Below are positions 8,963 to 17,216 of a stretch of 39,693 nucleotides of DNA, in pieces. Position numbers and translations under genes: made by a program. This DNA comes from Verrucomicrobiota bacterium (GTDB taxonomy: Bacteria > Verrucomicrobiota > Verrucomicrobiia > Limisphaerales > CANJSG01): NCBI GenBank assembly GCA_038209745.1, contig JBBQXJ010000042.1:1-39693 (forward strand). The letters run 5' to 3'. Every line of letters begins with the position of its first letter. Positions within the stretch are counted from its first letter, which is position 1. The notes beneath the pieces are model-generated. The model saw nothing but the letters and a program-made list of their open reading frames with translations. It ran no database searches and was not told the origin of the DNA.

Positions 8963-11362
8963 ATGAAGACCCTGATCTCCCTTCGACTTGGATGCCTTCT
9001 CATTCTTGGATCGGCCCTCGTCTCCGGCGCGCAGAACGAACCGGACGATGCGGCTCTCTACTATCGGCGCACGCACGGAGGTGCAATGCCGCCGGCCGGA
9101 GTGGACCCTTCCGATCATTCCGGCGAGACCGACGCGGTGGTGCCGGCGAAGCCCGTCGTCATCGTCCATCGCCCCCAGACCGATCGGCTCGATCGAGGCG
9201 TCGATGCGGCGAATCTCGGCAAAGGCGACTGGATCTGGCGGGTGCCGGAGAGCGCGGTGTCCCTGGGTTTGGCCAGCACGGATGTGCAGGGGATGATCAA
9301 CCAGGCCAAAGCGGCCGGCTTGAAGTGGATCACGGTGAAGTGCGGTGATCGCGGGAATGTCTGGACCCAGTTCAACACCGACCTGATCAACCGCGCCCAC
9401 GCTGCCGGGCTGCTGATTTTCGGCTGGGCCTACGTTTATGGAGGGGCGGACACCGACGCCGAGATCAACGTCGCGCTGAACGCCATGAACCTCGGCGCGG
9501 ACGGCTTCATCATCGACGCGGAGATCGAATACGAGGCCGTCGGCCAAAAGGCCAACGCCACCCAATATGCCGGCGCGATCAAGGCGGCTTTTCCAAACCG
9601 GTTCCTGGCCCACGCGCCGTTCCCGATCATCAGCAGCCACCCGGCCTATCCCTACGTCGAGTTCGGCACGCTGTGCGACGCGGTCATGCCGCAGGCGTAT
9701 TGGGCGGACATCGGCGGCACGGCCTACGCCGCCACGATGGTCACGCGGATGAACACCGAGTGGAACAACTGGCAGAACAGCCTGATCGGCACCCGGCGCA
9801 ACGCCATCAAGCCGATCGTGCCCATCGGACAGGCCTACAATTCGGTGAAGGGAAACGTCGATGGCCCGCAGATCGAAACCTTCATGGCGGCGCTGAAAAC
9901 CATCCCGGCGCCGGCCACGACCAGAGGATTCAAGGGCGTCAGTTTTTGGAGCTTCCAGCATCAGAACACCGCGCCGACCAAGTGGCCGGCGATTTCCGCC
10001 GCGACGATCGGCGACTCGACGGAGACCAACGCGCCGGTGCCTTGGGTGGCGGTCTTCCAGGATGATTTCGACAGCACGGCCGGTTCCGGCTGGACCGTCA
10101 ACCGGAGCTCGACCGACACGCTTGCGACCTTCGGCTACGACTACGCGGCGGATGGCATCGCGGCCGCGCCACACTCGACCGGCGGGACGACGCGAGGGGT
10201 GAAGCTGGAGGCGAATCGCTCGGCGGGAGCGGCGGCGGCCCTGTCGTTGTCGCCGGCGGGGCGGAGCTTTTCCGGGGACTACCGACTGCGGTTCGACGCC
10301 TGGATCAATGTAAACGGACCGCTTCCCGGCGGCGGGGTGGGCTCGACGGAATTCCTCACCGCTGGCGTGGGCACGACGGGTGACCGGGTGCAATGGGATG
10401 GCGCGGGTTCCACGGCGGACGGCATTTGGGTCGCCTGCGACGGCGATGGCGGGGTGTCGGACACGACCTCGAGCCTGGGCGACTATTCGGTCTTTGTCGG
10501 AACGTCACTTCAGCCCGCGACGAGCGGAGTCTACGCGTCCGGCACGGAGGCGAATGCCCGGGGCAACTTCCATCCCTACAACTCCGCGGCGGTGCCCGGA
10601 GGCGTCGGCGCTCCGGCCGTGCAACAGGCGGCCTATGCGCAGCAGACCGGTGCGATCAATCCGGGAGCCGCCGGCTTCGCGTGGCACGAGGTGATCGTCG
10701 CGCACCGCGGCTCCGCCGTGGATTGGTTCATCGACGGCGTGCGGATGGCGACGGTTCCCGGCGCATCGACCGCTCCTGGAAACGTCTTCGTCGGCTATTG
10801 GGATCCTTACGCGTCGATCTCCGACAATGCGGCGTTGAGCTTTGGGTTGGTGGACAACGTCCGCGTCGAGGTTCCGGCGACGGCGCCGATCCTGACCCTG
10901 TCTCGCACGAACATTTCGGTGAAGCTTGGCGGCACCGCCCAGTTTGCCGTCGTCGCAACGGGTGCGCCCGATCCGATCTTCCAGTGGCTCTTCCAAGGTG
11001 CGCCCTTGGCCGGTGAGACCCACACCACGTTGATCCTGCCAACGGTCGGGACCCACGACGTCGGGGCTTATTCGGTCGTGGCCAGCAATCTCGCCGGCTC
11101 CGTGACGAGCATGGCGGCTCAGTTGACCGTTCTTCCGGCTGCGGCTGCGACCTTCCAATCGATCACGGTCCGACCGGACCTGACCCTGCAGCTGTCGGCC
11201 GCGGGCGAAACGGGTGGGCTCTACCTGCTGGAGGCGTCGACGAATCTGGTCAACTGGAGCGAGGTCGGCAGCCAAGTGGCGACCAACGGAGGCTTCCGGT
11301 TCGATCTGGCTCCGGGGCAGGGGATGGACGAGCGGTTCTTCCGGGCGCGCTCGTGGCCCTGA
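8963..11362 (+). CDS. Secreted multidomain protein: putative glycoside-hydrolase TIM barrel + unrecognised beta domain + Ig-like domain + C-terminal ...FFR domain
   Basis: Signal peptide from ATG 8963. Alternating beta/alpha segments GKGDWIW, KWITVKCGD, IFGWAYVY, FIIDAEIEYE, MPQAYW, IVPIGQAY, GVSFWSFQH. Ig-like FQWLFQG...DVGAYSVVASN. Ends LEASTNLVNW...RFFRAR. Confidence 0.7.
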   Translation: MKTLISLRLGCLLILGSALVSGAQNEPDDAALYYRRTHGGAMPPAGVDPSDHSGETDAVVPAKPVVIVHRPQTDRLDRGVDAANLGKGDWIWRVPESAVSLGLASTDVQGMINQAKAAGLKWITVKCGDRGNVWTQFNTDLINRAHAAGLLIFGWAYVYGGADTDAEINVALNAMNLGADGFIIDAEIEYEAVGQKANATQYAGAIKAAFPNRFLAHAPFPIISSHPAYPYVEFGTLCDAVMPQAYWADIGGTAYAATMVTRMNTEWNNWQNSLIGTRRNAIKPIVPIGQAYNSVKGNVDGPQIETFMAALKTIPAPATTRGFKGVSFWSFQHQNTAPTKWPAISAATIGDSTETNAPVPWVAVFQDDFDSTAGSGWTVNRSSTDTLATFGYDYAADGIAAAPHSTGGTTRGVKLEANRSAGAAAALSLSPAGRSFSGDYRLRFDAWINVNGPLPGGGVGSTEFLTAGVGTTGDRVQWDGAGSTADGIWVACDGDGGVSDTTSSLGDYSVFVGTSLQPATSGVYASGTEANARGNFHPYNSAAVPGGVGAPAVQQAAYAQQTGAINPGAAGFAWHEVIVAHRGSAVDWFIDGVRMATVPGASTAPGNVFVGYWDPYASISDNAALSFGLVDNVRVEVPATAPILTLSRTNISVKLGGTAQFAVVATGAPDPIFQWLFQGAPLAGETHTTLILPTVGTHDVGAYSVVASNLAGSVTSMAAQLTVLPAAAATFQSITVRPDLTLQLSAAGETGGLYLLEASTNLVNWSEVGSQVATNGGFRFDLAPGQGMDERFFRARSWP

Positions 11363-11437
11363 GCGGGGCCAGGGTGTTTGGAGCGTCGGCGGGTTCAATC
11401 AGGCGGGTTTGGGTTCGCCTTCGGTCCATTTTCCCAG

Positions 11438-11453
11438 CGGCACGCATTCCGCT
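11438..11453 (+). promoter_or_regulatory. Sigma54 (-24/-12) promoter candidate for flhB
   Basis: CGGCACGCATTCCGCT has GG-N10-GC spacing with a GGCACG core and lies 36 nt upstream of the flhB ATG. Confidence 0.6.
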
Positions 11454-11488
11454 GAGCATGCCGTGCTGGCCTCCGGGTCGGCGCGATC

Positions 11489-12568
11489 ATGGCAGAAGAT
11501 CAAGGCGACAAAACAGAAGAGCCAACGCAGAAGAAGCTCCTGGAATCCTTCGAGAAGGGGCAGTTCGCCCGTAGCTCGGAGATCCAGACCGTCGTCGTGC
11601 TCTTGGCAGGTTTGACCTCGCTGTCGTTCTCCGGAAAGCACACGTGGGAGACACTCGTCGCAACCATCGGGATGTTGGGCCACGTGCATGAGATCACGCT
11701 GAGCACCAACGCGATGCAGGAGCAGTTCGTTAAATGTATCCTGGTGTTGTTCACCTGCGTGGGTCCCCCGCTGTTGACGATCATGTTGGCCGGCGCTTTC
11801 GCCGGAGCGGCCCAGGCGCGCTTTCAGGCGACGCCGGAGGCGTTTGGGTTTCGGCCGGAGCGTTTGAACCCGATCGAAGGGCTAAAGCGGGTCTTTTCCT
11901 TCAAAAGCGCGGTCCCGACCCTGGTCGGTTTGATGAAGCTGACGATCATCATCTGGCTTTCCTACTCGGTCATCCGAGAGATCCTCGCGGACCCCATCTT
12001 TTTCCAGACGGTGGACGTGGCAAGAATTGCCGGGTTCATGGGTGCTTCGGCCATGAAGATTTGCCTACGGGTGATCCTGTCGCTCGGGGCCATCGCCGCT
12101 GCGGACTACGGCTACCAGTGGTGGAAGACCCACAATGAGCTGATGATGACCAAAGAGGAGGTCAAGGAAGAGGCCAAGGGCTCGGATGGCAATCCCCAGA
12201 TGAAGAGCAAGATGCGCCGGCGGGCCTCCGCCATCAGCAAGCGCAAGATGATGGCGGAAGTGCCTCTGGCGGATGTTATTGTGACCAACCCCGCCCACTT
12301 GGCCATCGCGCTGCGCTATGACCGAAAGACAATGAGCGCGCCGAAAATCGTGGCCAAGGGGACGCGATTGAACGCGCTCCAGATCCGGGAAATCGCCAAG
12401 CGACACCAAGTCCCGATCCTGGAGAACAAGGCGCTGGCCCGCATGATGTTCAAGTATGGAAAAGTCGGTGGCGAGGTTCCTGCTCAGCTTTATTCCGCCG
12501 TCGCGGAAGTATTGGCCTGGGTCTACCGGGTCAACGCCTACCGCTACTACCGCGAACAAAGCCGCTGA
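11489..12568 (+). CDS. flhB: Flagellar export switch protein FlhB
   Basis: DKTEEPT N-terminus, four TM segments, MTKEEVKEE.K..DGNP, autocleavage site present as NPAH, APKIVAKG. Confidence 0.95.
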   Translation: MAEDQGDKTEEPTQKKLLESFEKGQFARSSEIQTVVVLLAGLTSLSFSGKHTWETLVATIGMLGHVHEITLSTNAMQEQFVKCILVLFTCVGPPLLTIMLAGAFAGAAQARFQATPEAFGFRPERLNPIEGLKRVFSFKSAVPTLVGLMKLTIIIWLSYSVIREILADPIFFQTVDVARIAGFMGASAMKICLRVILSLGAIAAADYGYQWWKTHNELMMTKEEVKEEAKGSDGNPQMKSKMRRRASAISKRKMMAEVPLADVIVTNPAHLAIALRYDRKTMSAPKIVAKGTRLNALQIREIAKRHQVPILENKALARMMFKYGKVGGEVPAQLYSAVAEVLAWVYRVNAYRYYREQSR

Positions 12569-12583
12569 GGCGGCTTCTGCTGA

Positions 12584-14707
12584 ATGCCCACGAAACAATC
12601 GCCAATCGCCCGTCTGCTTGGTCAGGGAGATCTCTTCCTGACCTTCGGACTGTTGGGGACCGTCCTTCTGATGGTTCTGCCGGTGTCGGCATTCCTGTTG
12701 GACGGGCTGCTGGCGATGAGCATCGCGCTCTCGCTGCTGATCATGCTGGTGATCCTCTATGTGAAGGATCCCTCTGATTTCACGGGCTTTCCGACGTTGC
12801 TCCTCTTCATCACCCTGTTCCGGCTGTCTCTGAACATCGCGACCACGCGGTTGATCCTGATCGACGGGAACGCGGGCCATATCATCGAGGCGTTCGGCAA
12901 CTTCGTCGTGCGGGGGAACTACGTCGTGGGTCTGGTGATCTTCGGCATCCTCGTGGTCATCAATTTCATCGTCATCACCAAGGGCGCGGGCCGTATCGCC
13001 GAAGTCGCGGCCCGGTTCACCTTGGACTCCATGCCGGGCAAGCAGATGGCGATCGATGCCGAATTGAACGCCGGCATCATCGGCGAAGCCGAGGCCAAGG
13101 CCCGTCGCCTCAAAGTGAGCCAGGAAGGCGACTTTTACGGTGCGATGGACGGTGCGAGCAAGTTCGTGCGAGGCGATGCGATCGCAGCGGTGCTGATCAC
13201 CCTCATCAACGTTCTCGGCGGTTTCGTCATCGGCATGATGCAGAAGGGGATGTCGCTGACGGATGCGCTCCAGCGCTACACCCTTTTGTCGATCGGCGAC
13301 GGTCTCGTCTCGCAGATCCCGGCGCTGATCGTGTCCACCTCGGCGGGCATCCTCGTGACCCGCGCCTCGGCCAAGGACGATCTCGGCCGGGAGCTGACCC
13401 GGCAGCTGCTCTCCTATCCGAAGGCGATGTTCATCCTGTCGGGCGCGATGATGGTCTTCGCGATCATCCCCGGCCTGCCGATGTTTCCTTTCCTCATCCT
13501 GTCCGTCATCAGCTTCGTGTTGGGTCGGGCCTTGCGGGTCGAGGCGTATCAGGAAGCCGAGTCCTCTGCGGCCAGTGGGACGAACGGTGGGTCCCAGAAA
13601 TCCGGGTCAAAAGGCGCGCCGGGCGACGGGTCCAAGGGCGGCGCCGCGACGCCCGCCCAGGGCGATAAACTGGAATCGTTGCTGGCGCTGGATGCGCTGC
13701 AGGTCGAGCTCGGCTACGCGCTCGTGTCGTTGGCCGACGCGAAGAAGGGCGGCGACCTGCTGGAGCGCGTGACCGGAGTGCGCAAGACGTTCGCCTCCGA
13801 CATGGGGCTGCTAATCCCGCCGATCCGGTTGCGGGACAACCTGCAACTGGAGTCGAACCAGTATCGGTTCCTGCTCAAGGGCAACGTCATGGCCCAGGGG
13901 GAACTGATGCCGGGCCATTGGCTGGCGATGAACGCCACCAACAGCAAGACCACCCTGCGCGGCCTGCCCACGGTCGAACCGGTCTTCAAGCTGCCCGCCA
14001 CTTGGATTTCCGACGCGGAGCGCAAGAACGCCGAGATCGCGGGCTACACCATCGTGGATGCCGCTTCAGTTCTGATCACTCATTTGTCGGAGGCGGTTCG
14101 GCGGAATTGCCACGAGATCCTGAGCCGCCAGGACGTGCAGAACTTGTTGGACAACCTCAAGGAGACGCACCCGACCGTCGTGTCAGAATTGATCCCCGGA
14201 CAGTTGTCCGTGGGCCAGGTGCAGCGCGTGCTCCAGAACCTGCTTTCCGAGGGCATTTCCATCCGGAATTTGTCGGCCATCCTCGAAAAGGTCAGCGACC
14301 ACGCGGGTGTCACCAAAAATCCCGACGAGCTCTCCGAATATGCCCGGCGGGGGCTCGGTGCGCAGATCGCGCGGCATTTCCAGGGCGAAAACGGCTCGAT
14401 CCAGGCGATCACGCTCGATCCCCGGCTCGAACACCAGATCGCCCAGGGCGTGCGGCAATCTCCGACGGATATCACGCTGATGATGGAACCGCGTCTGGCC
14501 AAGCACATCATCGACATCCTGTCGACGAAGGTGCAACAGCTCGTCGCGAACGGTCATCCGCCGCTGGTCCTCTGCGCGCCGCAGATCCGGTTGGCATTCA
14601 AGCGCTTCTTCGAAACCACCTTTGGCGAACTCGCGGTCCTCTCGTATGCCGAAGTGCCGCCGCGGATCGACATCCAAACGGCCGCCATCGTGCCGGGGAT
14701 CGATTGA
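12584..14707 (+). CDS. flhA: Flagellar export gate protein FlhA
   Basis: FHIPEP motif RIAEVAARFTLDSMPGKQMAIDAEL, FYGAMDGASKFVRGD, LSIGDGLVSQIPAL. Confidence 0.97.
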   Translation: MPTKQSPIARLLGQGDLFLTFGLLGTVLLMVLPVSAFLLDGLLAMSIALSLLIMLVILYVKDPSDFTGFPTLLLFITLFRLSLNIATTRLILIDGNAGHIIEAFGNFVVRGNYVVGLVIFGILVVINFIVITKGAGRIAEVAARFTLDSMPGKQMAIDAELNAGIIGEAEAKARRLKVSQEGDFYGAMDGASKFVRGDAIAAVLITLINVLGGFVIGMMQKGMSLTDALQRYTLLSIGDGLVSQIPALIVSTSAGILVTRASAKDDLGRELTRQLLSYPKAMFILSGAMMVFAIIPGLPMFPFLILSVISFVLGRALRVEAYQEAESSAASGTNGGSQKSGSKGAPGDGSKGGAATPAQGDKLESLLALDALQVELGYALVSLADAKKGGDLLERVTGVRKTFASDMGLLIPPIRLRDNLQLESNQYRFLLKGNVMAQGELMPGHWLAMNATNSKTTLRGLPTVEPVFKLPATWISDAERKNAEIAGYTIVDAASVLITHLSEAVRRNCHEILSRQDVQNLLDNLKETHPTVVSELIPGQLSVGQVQRVLQNLLSEGISIRNLSAILEKVSDHAGVTKNPDELSEYARRGLGAQIARHFQGENGSIQAITLDPRLEHQIAQGVRQSPTDITLMMEPRLAKHIIDILSTKVQQLVANGHPPLVLCAPQIRLAFKRFFETTFGELAVLSYAEVPPRIDIQTAAIVPGID

Positions 14708-14717
14708 GCGAATGGGA

Positions 14718-14840
14718 GAACGGACGCTCGATGAATCCTGAACGGTCCCGAATCATTGAACCGCGAACGCTCAAGATCGAACGTCGCGCGGGGCCTTCCG
14801 AGTCTTTGAACGTCGAGTTTCGGCGTTCGGGTTCCCGTTC
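14718..14840. repeat. Imperfect inverted element built from ~7-nt GAAC-containing units
   Basis: ATTGAAC CGCGAAC GCTCAAG ATCGAAC on the left arm; GTCGAGTTTCGGCGTTCGGGTTC on the right arm is roughly complementary. Confidence 0.35.
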
Positions 14841-14855
14841 TGCGGAGGTGGGATC

Positions 14856-16013
14856 ATGACCCCCTCCGGCAAACCGTTTTCCTTCGTCGCCGATTCCGCT
14901 GCCGAAGCCGTCGCGCAGATCCGCTCCAAGCTCGGTCCCGACGCGCTCGTCGTGAACGTCAGGAAGTTGCCGGCCGAAGGGCTGGCCCGCCTCTGGCAAA
15001 AGCCCCGGATCGAGGTCATCGCCCGTCTTCCCGAGGGAACGCCTGCAGCGGAGGAGGAGGGAGCCTCTCCCGTGTTGGCCCAGTTGGAGGCGCTCCGCCG
15101 CGAAATGGGCGAAATGCGCCGCCGTTTCGAGCCGTCGCGCGAAACGGAGTCCGACGGTTTGAACGCCGATTCCGGTCCCCGCTTCGCCCCCGCGCCGGCG
15201 ATGCTGGAATTTCCCGTGCGACCCGCATCGGACACACCCACTTCTCTTGGACAATATCTCCAGACCATCGGCCTCAGTCCGATGTCCGCGGCCCTCGTGG
15301 AAGACCGCGTTCTCACGTCGGTCCCGGACGTCGCCCAGCTTCCCTTGGTGAATCAAGTGGAGGCCGCGAACCAGACGTTGGAGTCGCTTTGGCGGCCCGC
15401 GCCGGTCGCGACCGGCGGGTTGCACGTCCTGATCGGTCCCGCCGGGAGCGGCAAGACCACCGCGCTCTGCAAATGGCTGACGCAGGTGTCGTTGATCGAA
15501 GGGCGGTTGGCCTCTCTCTGGCGCCTCGACGGGGTGACGGCGAACCAGGCCGAACATCTCAGCGTGCATGGCGAGATTCTTGGCGTGCCGGTCGAGCGTT
15601 CGTGGCCCGGGTCGCTGCCCGTGGGGGACATCGGCTTCATCGATCTGCCCGGAGTGGATTGGCGGGATCGGGCGGCGCTCCAGGAACTGCGACGCGTGGT
15701 CGACAAGATCGGCGGAGCCCGGGTCCACCTGGTGCTGAACGCGGCCTACGAGTCCGACACGCTTTTGGCTCAGGCCCGGGCCTTCAGTGTCCTGCCGGTG
15801 GTGGACACCATTGTCACGCATCTGGATGAGGAGCTTCGCTGGCCCAAGCTCTGGAACCTCGTATTGGGGACAAACCTGCCGATCAGCTTCCTCGGTGCGG
15901 GGCAAAATCTTCCCGGAATTTTTGAACGCGCTGCCAGCCGGAACCTTCTTGCCCGTCCCGCAGTGCGTTCGGGCAGCGGAAAGGCCCTTTTTTCCGCCGG
16001 ATCCTCCCGCTGA
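14856..16013 (+). CDS. flhF: FlhF-like SRP-family GTPase (divergent)
   Basis: N-terminal AEAVAQIRSKLGPDALVV, P-loop GPAGSGKTT, ISFLGAGQNLP; located directly after flhA. Confidence 0.8.
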   Translation: MTPSGKPFSFVADSAAEAVAQIRSKLGPDALVVNVRKLPAEGLARLWQKPRIEVIARLPEGTPAAEEEGASPVLAQLEALRREMGEMRRRFEPSRETESDGLNADSGPRFAPAPAMLEFPVRPASDTPTSLGQYLQTIGLSPMSAALVEDRVLTSVPDVAQLPLVNQVEAANQTLESLWRPAPVATGGLHVLIGPAGSGKTTALCKWLTQVSLIEGRLASLWRLDGVTANQAEHLSVHGEILGVPVERSWPGSLPVGDIGFIDLPGVDWRDRAALQELRRVVDKIGGARVHLVLNAAYESDTLLAQARAFSVLPVVDTIVTHLDEELRWPKLWNLVLGTNLPISFLGAGQNLPGIFERAASRNLLARPAVRSGSGKALFSAGSSR

Positions 16014-16019
16014 GGAAAC

Positions 16020-16035
16020 TGGCAGACCTCCTGCT
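16020..16035 (+). promoter_or_regulatory. Sigma54 (-24/-12) promoter candidate for hyp-fliA-motAB
   Basis: TGGCAGACCTCCTGCT has GG-N10-GC spacing and lies 33 nt upstream of ATG 16068. Confidence 0.6.
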
Positions 16036-16067
16036 AAGCACGTGGGCAGACGGCTCTGCTCAACACC

Positions 16068-16310
16068 ATGAAACTACTGATGATCCTAGGCGCATGTATC
16101 GGGTTTGGAATCGGAGTTCTTTTCAGCTGGGCGAGTGAGAGCGGATGGCCGTCGGTTCTTTGGCGGGCCACGGCGACGGCCTACTGCGCAGGGCTTCTCA
16201 TGCGCTGGTGGGGTCGGATGTGGATCAAATGCCTCCGTGAGGTCCTGGTGGAACGCCGCCTCGCCTCGATCAAGGCCGAAGAACAGCAGCTCGCGACCAA
16301 CTCCAACTAA
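16068..16310 (+). CDS. Small two-TM membrane protein, hypothetical
   Basis: 80-aa ORF with two hydrophobic segments, 9 nt before fliA and downstream of a sigma54 site. Confidence 0.65.
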   Translation: MKLLMILGACIGFGIGVLFSWASESGWPSVLWRATATAYCAGLLMRWWGRMWIKCLREVLVERRLASIKAEEQQLATNSN

Positions 16311-16319
16311 CCTGTTCCT

Positions 16320-17186
16320 ATGAAGGCACCAGTCCTCGAACCCGCCGCAGTCCTCGAACCGGCCACAGTCTTCGAACCCGCCCCGGTCCCCGCCCAGAAA
16401 AGCAGGGTGCCGCAGCAGTCGCCCGACGTTTGGAGGCAGTATTCCAAAGCCGGCCCCGGGAGCGAGATCGAGAACGATCTCGTCCACCAATATCTTCCGC
16501 TCGTGAAGACGATCGTCGGCCGACTCGCCATGAGCCTGCCGTCGCACGTCAACGGCGAGGATCTCTACAGCGCCGGCCTCGTCGGCCTGCTCAACGCCCT
16601 CCGCCGTTTCGACGCCAAGACCGGCACCGCGTTCGAGACCTACGCCCGCACCCGCATCCGCGGCTCCATCTTCGACGAGCTGCGCCGTCTCGACTGGGTT
16701 CCGCGCTCCGTCCACGACAAGGCCCGCAAGGTCGAGAAGGTCATGCGCGAGCTCGAACAGACCAAGGGCGAGGCCGTGACCGACGCCGAGATGGCCAAGG
16801 CCATGGACCTGACGCTCGATCAATACGAGGAGCTGATGGAGGAGATCCGGCCCGCCACTTTCGTCTGCCTCGATTCTGTCCGCGGCGGTTCCGCCGAAAG
16901 CCCGCAGGAAGGGAGCAGCCGCTACGACAGTCTTCCCGACGAGAAACAGATCGACCCGGGCGACGGCACCGCCACCCGCGAGATGGCCCGGCTGATCACG
17001 GACCGGCTCGAGGATCTGCCCGACATGCAGAGAAAGGTCCTGGCCCTCTACTATTTCGAGGACATGCGGCTGCGGGAGATCGCGGAGGTGTTCGGCGTGA
17101 CCGAGTCGCGCATCTGCCAGATCCACGCGCAGGCCATCATGTCCATCAAGGCCTTCCTGCGGAAACAGGACCCCGACATCTTTTGA
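16320..17186 (+). CDS. fliA: RNA polymerase sigma factor FliA/WhiG (sigma28)
   Basis: EDLYSAGLVGL, FETYARTRIRGSIFDELRRLDWVPRS, region 4 LREIAEVFGVTESRICQIH. Confidence 0.95.
   Translation: MKAPVLEPAAVLEPATVFEPAPVPAQKSRVPQQSPDVWRQYSKAGPGSEIENDLVHQYLPLVKTIVGRLAMSLPSHVNGEDLYSAGLVGLLNALRRFDAKTGTAFETYARTRIRGSIFDELRRLDWVPRSVHDKARKVEKVMRELEQTKGEAVTDAEMAKAMDLTLDQYEELMEEIRPATFVCLDSVRGGSAESPQEGSSRYDSLPDEKQIDPGDGTATREMARLITDRLEDLPDMQRKVLALYYFEDMRLREIAEVFGVTESRICQIHAQAIMSIKAFLRKQDPDIF
16330..16383 (+). repeat. In-frame 18-bp tandem repeat x3 in the fliA 5' end
   Basis: CAGTCCTCGAACCCGCCG / CAGTCCTCGAACCGGCCA / CAGTCTTCGAACCCGCCC, encoding VLEPAA VLEPAT VFEPAP. Confidence 0.85.
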
Positions 17187-17216
17187 CCTGCGGGGCTGAC
17201 CCTGGGGATACACACA

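Noticed and set aside
7832..10393. 853-aa minus-strand ORF
   Set aside because: Antisense shadow of ldcA and the secreted hydrolase; Arg/Gly-rich, no motifs, typical of high-GC DNA.
11489..14707. Possible non-flagellar type III secretion (SctU/SctV)
   Set aside because: Adjacent flhF, fliA and motAB indicate a flagellar system.
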